Of a DNA stretch of 64,000 nucleotides, positions 46,500 through 58,400 are shown one piece after another. A program made the position numbers and the translations under genes. Position 1 is the stretch's first letter. Each line of letters opens with the position of its first letter. The stretch lies in the NCBI RefSeq assembly GCF_963853765.1, contig NC_088856.1, positions 46,314,001 to 46,378,000 of the forward strand. Direction: 5' to 3'. Source of the stretch: Magallana gigas. Its lineage: Eukaryota. The notes below the pieces were generated by a model, which was given only the letters and a program-made list of their open reading frames with translations, did not search any database and was not told the origin of the DNA.

Positions 46500-46992
46500 T
46501 ATAATAGTAAAGAAATAAAAAAATTTGTAGTTTTTTTTTTCATTTTGTTTTGTTTGTTTTTGTTTTGTTCATTTTTTTTTTTTTTTGCTTTTTGTTTTTG
46601 TTTGTTTTTTGCCAGTTTGTTTGGTTTGTTTGGTTTTTTATTTATTTATTTTTTATTTTTTTTTTGGGGGGGGGGGGGGTCATATATACACTGGTTTAGG
46701 TGGGGAGCGCTTAACGGAAAATCTTCCACTAAGTCTAGTTGGTATAAGGGACGCAGGAATTAACTTGATATCCGACATATAAATTTTCATGTACATGCGG
46801 TGGCGTACCCCAACACATACACACACCCCAAACACAACAACATACACGCACACAGAAAATAAGTTTTCGATTTCAGAGAAGATATCGAAGCCTTTATTCC
46901 ACCTTATTTTTATGTTTGATTATATCTGATTAAGGTGAATAGCTGAATGCTAAACGAGACATAAAATTTATCTATAATTATTTTTGTCTCTG

Positions 46993-47395
46993 CATAGGCG
47001 TCGGAACCGGGGGGGCTAGGGGGGGCTTAGCCCCCCCACTTTTTTTGCAAAGTTATACCTAACCATTAGAAACATAGCATGATAGAGGGTTCAGCCCCCC
47101 CACTTTTTCTCACAGGAAAGACTAAATTTCCTAAATTTACCTTGAAAGATTGAGAGGTTAGATTCAGAAGCATACTAGCCCCCCCCCCCCCCCTCCCACG
47201 GATTAGGAATTTCATGATTGTGAGAAAAAAATTTTGGTAAGTAAAATTTTTTTTTTTGGAAGTATAGGTATACTCCCCCCCCCCCCCCCCCCCCCCACGG
47301 ATTAGGATTTCCATGATTTTGGGAATTACTTTTTTCTCAATATTTCTGAGGATTAGTCTAGCCCCCCCACTTTCAATTTGCTTCCGACGCCTATG
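46993..47395. mobile_element. MITE with poly-G/poly-C tracts, family shared with 10318-10593
   Basis: Perfect 14-bp TIRs CATAGGCGTCGGAA / TTCCGACGCCTATG. 5-bp direct repeat CTCTG on both sides. Confidence 0.85.
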
Positions 47396-47574
47396 CTCTG
47401 GTTATTATTAACGAGCTTTGAATTGTAATTACCGAGACATGGACAGTTTTTCTTTCAGAACACCTCTTTTATAAGATGCATCGCTCTAATACATTTATAT
47501 ATATATATGTCTTAAGAATACAGCTTACTCTGTTTGAAAAGTCAGTTTCATCATTTGAATGAATGAGAGTCCGA

Positions 47575-47606
47575 CACGTGATAAAATGTTATTCAAATTT
47601 GGCGCG
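47575..47606. promoter_or_regulatory. Candidate SPATA22 promoter module: E-box + CHR + E2F site
   Basis: CACGTG at 47575-47580, TTCAAA (reverse complement of CHR TTTGAA) at 47592-47597, and TTTGGCGC at 47598-47605. A strong donor GTAAGT at 47752 could end a 5'UTR exon that splices to the acceptor at 48271. Confidence 0.45.
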
Positions 47607-48274
47607 TAAAAGGCTATCCAGAAAATGAGTTACCTTTCTTGTATTAGAACTCTTCAGTTGAGATTGTGACAAGACGCGCAAGATTTCTTAGCCGAAAACC
47701 GCACTGTTTATTTTCAGAAAAAAATATCCTCTCTTGTTTGTGGAAGTAATAGTAAGTTCAGGGTATCTTTTCTTCTTCTGCTCAGCGATTTTAATGTAAA
47801 GGAGAAATGCCGATATTATGAAAAATCGAGTCGTCTGCTGTAACGTTACACACATCAGCGTACCGAACTTTTTGTCTCTTCTTCCTATACTATAAAAAAC
47901 TGTTGGTGACATTGTTAGAAAACAAAAAGATCGTGACGAGCACCTGTGCCATACACAGATTTTTGAAATGGTATTTGACGCCGTGCTCCAAGTTTAGAAT
48001 CAAAGAAAAAATAGAATAGAATTTTTATGATATTGATATATTCTATAGCTCTTAGATTTTAGTTAAGATCGAAGTGTTAATTTGAAGACAGGGCAAATTG
48101 ACATATAAGTTTTGTAAAATATGAAGAAACAGTTAGAGCATATATACAGTCTATGTTATTTACCACCCTATACATACTATAAACTGATAAAACTTCATCA
48201 ATTTGCCCCGTAAAAAAGAAATGGCCCAATTAAGTTTCAGTGAATTATAGGGCAAATTATTCAATTTCCAGAAG

Positions 48275-49464
48275 ATGAACAGAAAAGCCCCACTTCTACC
48301 AATTTTTAACTGCAAAAAAAGATCTAGAGAAGCAATCATTGCTGAGCCACAGGAGCAGTTTGTCTCTTCTTCGCATGATGGCAGATATAACAATTTAGGT
48401 ATACACATGCGTACTTCTATATTTCAAGTATTTGTCTAATCATTTATGCCATAATGAGATTTACCAGAACCACCTAATCATTGTCCTCTAAAAATAATGT
48501 TAATATCAATATGTCATTTATTAATAATCATCCTTAAAAATGTTTAATTATGCAATTAACTGTTAATTTTTTAACGCAAATACCGTACTATAACTGACCA
48601 CTTACAGTTTCTGTTTGTGAAATTTAAAGCAGTGTTGTAAGAACTTCATACTGTGCAGTCTATTTAATAAACCTTGATACTTTTGTTTTTGTCCATCAGA
48701 ATATTCAAGGAATGATAGCTTTACAAGCCAACCTGCAGGAAATCTCTATGATAATAAGATGTCGCATCATCAAGACCCCTCCTTGTCTTACAACAGTCGC
48801 ACGCAATGGAACAACAATCAGCCCCAAGTTAACCCAGCAATGAACAATAGTTCCAGGTATAGTATACTGTGGAATCATTAAAATTCATGCGGGCCAATTT
48901 TTCGTGGATTGTGGGTTTTTTGTTATTAATGGGTTTGTAATTTCATGGATGCACATACTGTAAACCAACTTTAATTCGCGTTCTAGAAATTTTCGCGAGG
49001 TTTGCAAGTGCCTTTTCGTCGCGAATATTTCTTGCTGCAAACCAGTCTTTATGGTTTAGTTGTTATAACAAAATACGGGTCTGGGTAAGGTTTAGTCACC
49101 AGTTTATTGGAAGTAAATTGCGAAATAACGTCGCCGCGAATAAATGTTGGTTTACAGTATACCACGAAAATTGAGCCACCACAAATTTTAATGATTCCAC
49201 AGTAGTCTGCAGGACTTCTCTAATGATATTACTCACACTGGAAGTCTTTATTAAGTGGTACAGTTACATGATTGTTTAAGGTCGAGAGCCTTAAATCAAA
49301 GATAGATGTTGATGCTCCTTGTGTTTTGATGTTAATTGTTATATTGTTAATTGTTCCACCTTTAAGGCATTGTCTCAAGCCATGGTCTTGTGTCCACATA
49401 GCTCTCTCTAGCTGCAATAATGTAGCCCTCTCCGATTTTGATATCTGATGTCAACTGTTTACCT

Positions 49465-49495
<31 letters not shown>

Positions 49496-52400
49496 AAAAA
49501 ATAAATCCGGAGAGGGTTACATTATTGCAGCTAAGCTCTCTTCTACCCGTGGCTGCTTATGTACATAAAGTATTGTAATGCTGAATATTCATGTGTCATC
49601 TGTTGCGTCACATTTTAACCTGTTAATATGGTCAATATTTTAATGAATTACTAGATATTCTAGCTTGTATTGTGCAACCCCAGTCAGAGGGGAGAGAATC
49701 GTACACATTGGCCATGGTTTGCAATGATGACTATAAGGAAGAGCTTTAAAACTTATCACTAATTATTAAAAATATATGATTCCATGTGAACAATTTTTGA
49801 AAAAAAGCTTATCTAGATGGCAAATTAATATTGTTTCCTCCCTTTAGATATCAGTTTCACCACAGAGCACCAGGGCAATGTGAACAAATGCAAGGGAGAG
49901 TGAACAACTCCAACCCTAGTTCTTACAGCCAACCCAGGAACAACCAAAGGGGGACAGGAACCTCCAACATGGAGCTAATCCCTCCCAACACTCCCAACCC
50001 CAAAGCTGCTAGATACAGTGTTAACCAAAAGTCAGTGGGTACTGAGGGTCAGAGCCAATATCCCAGACCCTCAGGAAGGGGATCTAACTATGGAAGGGGA
50101 AGTGCAAATAAAGTTGGGCAGAGATCAAATACATGTACCAACAATAGCCAAGGGTACAATAGAAATAGTGGTAGCTTCAATAGATCTGCGAGTACCAACT
50201 TCAGTAGAACAGCAAGTACCACAGGTTATGATGGAGACCATAGCAGTGGTTCATATGCAATGGAACAGGGACAAAATACCTACAATAGTCAGGGATATGG
50301 TAGAAATGGTGGTGACTTAAATAGAACATCAAATGGCAGAGGCCAGGATAGAGCCAACAGCAATGGAATGTACTGTAACAGTTCTAATGCAATGGCACAC
50401 AGCGAGCAAAACCAGTGGAACAGTGGTAGTGGTTATACCAACAATGTTGGTACCATGCCGTTTAATGGTAGTGGTAGGGCTGCAGTGCCTGATCAATGGA
50501 ATCAGTGGGGATATGGAGGACAGAGGCAGCCAGTGAATAACATGATGGGCATCTCTCCTAGCATGGACAGAAGATACAAACCTATTGATTCCTCATTTCA
50601 GGTAGTTATTGACAAAGATCTAAGTTAAAAGTGGTCTTATATGAAAAAATGTTAGTGTTTCAATGACAAATGTGTGATCATGCATCCAATGTCTTTAGTT
50701 TTTTAGAGGGAAAGATATACAATAAGGGACCAAGGCAGCAGTATTGAAGTTAAATTTGTTTAACTCACCCTGATTTTACAGAATTTTTGTCAATTTCAAT
50801 TTATTTAATTTACACATCTGTACCTGTACATATCCACTTACTGTATCTCTCAAATGAAAATTGCAACAAATTAATTAAAGGAGACCTTTCCATATGATTA
50901 TATACACTTTAATTGTAGATACCCAGTGCTACAGGAGATGGGGCAATTTGTGCCAAGACTATCACTAACAGGGAACACTTGTCTAACACAGTGCAGCACC
51001 CCCAGTCAAAAACAGCCGCTGCTCAGAAAACTGACACTCCCAGCAAAAATCAGGTTATTGCATAGTATGCTGTTCTTACCAATAGAATATGATTTTGTAC
51101 TGGTAATTGAGAGAAGGCCCCCACCCATTACCCAAATTTTGAAATGTAATCCAACAATGTATCATTATATATTCTTTGAGTTATTGTTCTTAGGCTGTTC
51201 ATGTATTCTGTTTGATATTGCATGCATGATTTGAATGACAAAGGATAAATTAAAGAATTGGTATAAAATTTGGAAATAGAAATAGATGTTTTTAGCTGTA
51301 TTTGTCATGTTAATTGGTAAATTCTAAGATATTGCCTTGGAAATTAATTTAAACAAAATGTCATCATCTTACAATAGAAATTGATTTATATAGAGTCTGA
51401 GTACAGTACATACTGTATGTTTTTTTATCAGATAGATTTATATTGCAAAATCAATTTAGAAATTTCATGTCAGAGATAATTATAACTTAAAATCAATGTT
51501 ATCTAAGGCTCAGCCGCTCTGCTTGAATATTAGGTAAATGATCGAGTACAAAACTAACCTTCCCAAACAGAAAAAATAGCCTACGGGATCATATCAATGG
51601 CTTATGTGTAAATCATGGTTTTGAGATGATTTCGGTATAGGAAAATTTCACATGCAAATGAGTTAATGGATATTGATTCTCGAGTGATCTGTTAAACTAA
51701 ACAAATTGCAAGAAAACCATGGCCCTGGTATGATCTGTTGTAACTAACAACTCGTATCAAAACCATGGTCCTGGTATGATCTGTTGTATAACTAACAACT
51801 CATATCAAAACCATGATCCTGGTATGATCAGTTGTAACTAACAACTCGTATCAAAACCATGATCCTTATATGACCTGTTAAAGGACAATTATACAATAAT
51901 TTCTTTTAAAAATAATGACCACTTAATTTATAACTTGCAACAGACAATTATATACTTTTAATATTTGAAATACTTTGTCAATTACCAAATATGAAAAATA
52001 GTATACATATATGTCACATGAACTGTATCGTTAAGCCAATTAATATAATCTGAATTAGAACACAGGATCAAAGTCTTCCATAATTTAGATGATAATTTAA
52101 TTATTGTTATTTCAAACTCTTCTAGGAATTATTACATGAATTGTACAAATTAAAATATTACGTATGCATTTCAAAACCTAGCCGCAGGTCTGTAGCTTCC
52201 GGTCTGAACTAATGATACATGTACATCCATGCATTAGTTGCTTGCTTCACTTAATAAATCACTTGATAGTGTATTGTGTCTTTATAAAATATTATTTACC
52301 TCAAGTGTATAAGAATATATTCCCCCAAAATACTTCTATAAATTCACTTTATAAATATGCCAAGATAGAGCAAGATCATCGGCCCAACAATAACAAATGT

Positions 52401-55400
52401 TCCTGACATGTACATCACATTTAGGCTCCAAGATGAACATTCAAAATTTGCAACTCAACTTCCTGTTATGCAGAAATCTTAATTCTTAGTGGTCAGTTTA
52501 TCTGGCAGTTAACGAATCATTTCAAACGCATGCTCTGTTGCCTTCTAAGATAATAGCACATACCAGAATCACAAGAAAATCATAGCAGACTCAAAACCAA
52601 GAAACAAACCACATCAGGATCATACTTCCTTATTTGTCACCTATGATTTGGGTATGATTCATTTAATGGATCATGTCTAAATCATAGAACAAAATCATGA
52701 ATTTGTGAGTTTGATATGATTTTTAAGTGATTTTAATATGATTTCTTAAGTGATTTTGATATGATTTCTTAAGAAAAGTTTTTGTTTGGGTTAATATTGA
52801 GGCATTTAGAAGCTAGCTCCACATACACCCAATGGCATGTAGCTCTCAAATTCTATTTTGGGGAGATCTGCATCAGTTATGCAGGTCAAACTTCCGTGTA
52901 TTAAAAATCTATATTAAAAACTTGAGGAATATTTATATCTTAAGGTAACTGCAAAGCCAGCTTTGGACAGATCGCTGAGAATCATAGCCACTGACCTGGG
53001 TGGAATCAAGAACTGGGAACACCTTAGAGGAATGCTGTCATTTCTGTTTGAAATTTATGGTATGCATAATGCGGCTAACTTTTTTCAATACTGTCTTTTA
53101 ATGCATTTAATTGGTGACTGGGTGCATGTCTTGCTCACCTGAGTTCTCGGAAGTGAAGAGTCCATAAATAAGTTGTCTATATGTACATGTATTCATTCAT
53201 ATTATGGGGTGTTATTAATATTTTTTAAAACTTTTATGGAATAATCATGTTAATATTCTGTTACATGTAATTCTCTAAGAGAGATAACTCTGTAAGTCTA
53301 AATCTTCTACAAAAAGAGGCTGAGTTGCAGTGTACTGTGTTATCTGATGTGCACATGGCATTGGAATAAAATGTGAAGTCAGTGTGTGTATCCTGAATTT
53401 TATTAGCATTAACAAGTGGTAGCAGAGCGTGAACCAAACTTTTAGACTGAAGTGTAAGTCAGAAAACTGTGTAAGAGAAAGTTTATGAAGTGGATTGAGT
53501 GACATTCTTGAAAAAAAAAAATAGAGGGAAAATATCCAATTTGGCAACCAAGATTAACCCACCAGTGTTCAATTCCAAATCGAAGCCTTATGAACTATGC
53601 AAACATGAATTATTGGCCTGGAGTGAAATAACAGAGCTTGCAAAAGAGAAGAAAGGTATTGCTATAATATTGCACTTACTTTACCTGAAGAAGATGAAAC
53701 AAAAATTCGAGAGAAAGTTTTTGAACAAATCAAGCTTGAAGATCTAAAAAAGGAAAGTGGATTCAAAACTCTACTTGAATTTCTGGATAAACATCTTGCT
53801 AAAGACGACCTAGCTGATAGTTTGGAAAAGTTTGAAGAGTTCGAGGACCTCAAAAGAAGCGAAGGACAATCAATGAATGAATTCATTGCAATATTTGACA
53901 GTAAGTACAGAAAAATTGAGAAAAAGAAAATGACACTACCATCAGAAATATTAGCATTTAAAGTGTTAAGAAAAGCTAACATCACAAAGGAACAGAAAAT
54001 GCTAGTTTTGACTGGGATGAATTACGAAAACAAAGCAACGTTATATGAAGAAGCAAAAAAGCCCCTGAAGAAATTCATGGGTGAGGGATGTCACACTCCG
54101 TGTGACAGTAAGAGTATAAAACTAGAACCCACCTTTTTAGCAGAAAATGAAGAGGCCCTATTAGCTGCAGGTTATGTAGGAAGAGGAGGCAACAGCGGAT
54201 ATCGTAGAAGTGGCCGGTTCAACAGTAGAGGAGGAGGAAGAGGTTTAGGATTTTTCTCATCACAACGAGGAACTAAAAATCTCAACCCACAAGGTGCTGA
54301 TGGAAAAATTCTGACTTGTAGATCTTGTGGATCTTTTCGACATCTTGTAGCTAAATGTCCAGATAGTTGGGAAAACCTGTCAAAAGTACATATAACAGAG
54401 GAAGAACCTTCAGTAGAACATGCTGTTTTGTTCACTGGATTCCATAAAAATGAAGTAAGCCTACTTGGAACAGAGGCGCAGAACTGTGCTGTTCTTGATA
54501 GTGCTTGCAGTAGCACTGTTTGTGGAAAAACATGGTTAGAGAGTTACCTAAGCTCACTGAAGGAGAGTGAACGTGAGGAAATTGTGAGGCGTGAAGTACA
54601 TAAAATTTTTAAGTTCGGAGGTGGAACAAGATTAAAATCTCAAGGAGAGTATGAACTACCCGTGTGCTTAGTTGGTAAACCTGTTATTGTCAAAACAGAT
54701 GTAGTTGATTCAGACATCCCCTACTTTCTAGAACGACAATGAAAAAAGCAGGAGTAAAATTGGATTTGGAGAAGGACACTGCTGTTATTTTGGGACAAGA
54801 TGTTTCACTTAATCTAACCACATCTGGCCATTATTGTATACCAGTGGACAAATCAGAGACTTTACTTGTAGAGGAGGTGAACTCGGTGAAACTGGAAGAA
54901 TTGGAACCTGAGAAAAGAAAGGCAGCTCTCTTGAAACTTCATAGACAGTTTGCACACACCCCTAAAAAGAGACTTGCAGCTTTGTTAAAAGATGCAGGAG
55001 CATGGATGGAAGAATTTGAGGAGCAATTGTTGGAAATTGAACCAAAATGTGATCTTGCAAAGTTTATGCTAAAACACCACCAAGACAAATAGTTTCAATG
55101 CCCATGGCAAAGGAATTCAATGAAAAAGTTGCGATGGACCTCAAAAAATACAAGGGACGCTGGATATTGCATATGATAGATATGTGGTCTAGATTTACAG
55201 TTTCTGTCTTCATACAACGAAAAAGACCAAGTGATGTCATTTACGCTATGATGAAGTACTGGGTAGGAGTTTTTGGAGTAATGGGAGCTATTATGTCGGA
55301 CAACGGTGGAGAATTCAGTTCAGATGAAATGCGAGAAATAGCATCCATCCTCAATATTCGATTATGTTCAACAGCGGGAATGAGCCTGTACCAAAATGGA

Positions 55401-58400
55401 CTTTGTGAACGCGTTCATGCGGTAACAGACATGATGCTTACTAAACTTGAAGATGAAAACAAAACTGTTAACATCGAGACACTCCTGGCATGGGCAAATA
55501 TGGCAAGAAACTCCTTGCAAATGTGGAACGGTTTTAGCAGTCATCAGTTAATATTTGAACAAAATCCAAATCTGCCAAACATCATGAAAGCTGAATTGCC
55601 TGCGTTAGAAGGAAGTACAAGTTCAGAGACATTGTCTAAACATTTGAACACCTTGCATGAAGCAAGGCGTGCCTTCATTCTGAGTGAAGCTGATGAAAGA
55701 ATTTGAAGAGCATTGCGTACGAAAGTAAGGGCAGCAGAAGAAAAGTATGACAATGGGGACTTGGTGTTTTACAAAAGAGAAGGTTGAGAGCGCTGGTTAG
55801 GACCTGGAAAGGTGGTTTTCCAAGATGGAAAAGTTGTATTTGTGAGACACGGAGGTGTTTTTGTGAGAGTATCGCCCAACAGACTGTGCAAAATTAAACA
55901 TGATCAATCAGATATAGAAACTGATAAAGACTTCTGTGAGAAACAAAGTGAAAAGAGAAGCAAGGAGGACAAAAAGAAAACAGAAGCTGTTGTCCCAAGT
56001 ATTGTCTCAGAAACTCTAACTCGGGCACCAGTACAACACAACCAGGAAGAAACACCACAAACTGATTCAGTACAGAGACAATTACCCCGAAAAAATGACA
56101 AAATCACATACAAGTTGCCAAACTCAGAAGAATGGACTGAAGCTAAAGTACTGGGGCGTGCTGGAAAAGCAACAGGAAGATATCCCTCATGGTTTAATGT
56201 CAGGGACATTACAGACAATGAAGATAAAAGCATAGACTTAGACAAAGTGGAGTGGAAAGCAGTTGATGAAGAGAAAGTTAATTAACATAGCTGACATTAG
56301 CTGCAATAATGTAGCCCTCTCTGATTTTTTTATATCTGATGTTTACTAAAAAAAAAAAAAAAAAATCGGGAGAGGGCTACATTATTGCAGCTAAGCTGAC
56401 ATCAATGGTGAAGCATCACAGGATCAAATGTTAATAGAAAAAGCTAAGCAAACAGAGCTAGAAAAATTGCATCATTTCGACACATTTGATGAAGTAGAGG
56501 ACCATGGACAGAAAACATTATCAACAAGATGGGTTTTAACTGGCAAAGATACAAGTACAAGAGCCAGATTGGTTGCACGGGGTTTTGAAGAACATTCGTT
56601 TATCCCTTCAGATAGTCCAACAGTGGGAAAAGGAGCTATTAGAATTTTTCTTGCAGTGGCAGGAAGCAAACGATGGATTATTAAAACTACCGATATAAAG
56701 TTTGCTTTCCTACAAGGGAACCAACTACAACGTAAATGTATACATCAAACCTCCCAAGGAAAGTGATACACCTGTTGGATTTGTATGGAAACTCAAGCAT
56801 GGGTTATATGGTCTAAAAGATGGTGCCCGTCAGTTTTATATGAGTGTACGGGATGAACTCCTAAAACTAGGGTGCAATCAGTCAAAGATGGATCCTGCAG
56901 TGTTTACTAAACAATCCGGAAAAAGACTGACGGGAATAGTATGCTGCCATGTAGATGACTTTCTACATGCAGGAGAAGTAGAATTTGAAGACGTTGTGCA
57001 AACTAAAACAGAGATTTCTAGCTGATAAAGTGGAAGAGACAGATTTCCAGTACATTGGATTTCACATTAAACAGAGAGAAAATGAAATTATGGTAGATCA
57101 CTCAAAATTTATGGATAAATTGGATCACCCCCATATTGACCCGAAAAGAGCGATACAAAAACATGAAAAACTTACTAATGATGAACAAACTTTATACCGC
57201 AAATTAGTTGGACAACTCAACTGGGCAGTGCAAGGTTTGCGACCCGATCTAGCATTTGAGTTAGTGGATCTAAGTACAAAATTAAAAACAGCAACAGTGG
57301 CAGACCTATTGAAAGCTATAAAAACCATGGGAAAATTAAAAGACATAATCCATATTCAAGTTTTCCCTCTTCTCCATGGAGCAGTTGAAAAAGACTGGGA
57401 GATTTTCCTATTTATGGATGCAGCACTAGCAAACATAAGTGAGGGGGAAGGAAGCACAGGGGGTCAAATTTTGTGGATTAAAGATCGTATAGGAAACTGC
57501 TGTTCTATCCATTGGCAGGCCAACAAAATTAAGAGAGTTGTTCGGTCAACAATAGCTGCTGAAGCTTGAAGTTTGCAAGAGGGCTTAGAATCGGCGCTGT
57601 ATTACAGAAAACTACTGGAGGAAATCTGTCATTTGGATTCAGATAAAGAACCAATTACAGCATTTGTTGACAACAAGAGCGTGGTGGAAGCACTAAAGTC
57701 TACAAAAATGGTGGATGATAAACGCCTTAGAATAGACATAGCTGCAATAAAAGAAATTAAGAATAACAACGTTCTGGTGAAATGAATTCCAGGAAAAGTA
57801 CAATTAGCCAATTGTCTGACCAAGCGAGGAGCTGATGGCATGCAGCTACTGAACATTTTACAGACGGAAAAGATGCCCGAAGAATTCACGTGAAATGATA
57901 TGAAAGACATTATTATAAATTTTTAAATACATTACTTGCATGTAAAGGGGCAGAATAATCCCCAGATGACCCGAGGGTAGTCTAACCCAATGAAGGTCAT
58001 CATTTTTGTATAAATGTTATATTCAAACATGTTAAAATCTTTTTAAATTTTTTTTACTTTATAGTCGGATATCACAAAAGAAAAAAAAAGGAAATTTTAA
58101 TTAATGTTAATATTCTGTTACATGTAATTATCTAAGAGAGATAACTCTGTAAGTCTAAATCTTCTACAAAAAAAGGGTTGAGTTGGAGTGTACTGTGTTA
58201 TCTGATGTGCACATGGCATTGGAATAAAATGTGAAGTCAGTGTGTTACCTGAATTTTATTAGCGTTAACAAATCAATGCATTTTCTTGAATTGATTTTAG
58301 CTCAAGTGAACTCGGCCACTGTAAAGGTACCAGACATTGATGCCAAAAAGTTTAATATCAAAGAGGGAGCAGCTTTAATGGATTGTATCTTCTATGAAAT

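Larger units (their letters stand above)
53248..58270 (+). mobile_element. Decayed Ty1/copia LTR retrotransposon, GalEa-like, sense in SPATA22 intron 5
   Basis: LTRs at 53248-53414 and 58105-58270 (~95% identical, TGTTAA..TTAACA). 5-bp TSD AATCA. PBS TGGTAGCAGAGC at 53417-53428 (tRNA-iMet). Order gag(CRSCGSFRHLVAKC)-PR(DSAC)-IN-RT(HVDDF)-RH(KRLRIDIAAIKE). A-rich PPT. Confidence 0.93.

Noticed and set aside
46485-46782. F-rich ORFs
   Set aside because: They come from low-complexity (TTTG)n/poly-T sequence.
52545-52944. Extra SPATA22 exon(s) (YQNHKKIIADSK..VTYDLG|GT, and an upstream extension of exon 5)
   Set aside because: There is no clean acceptor, the extension has an in-frame TAA at 52915-52917, and the model is already phase-consistent without them.
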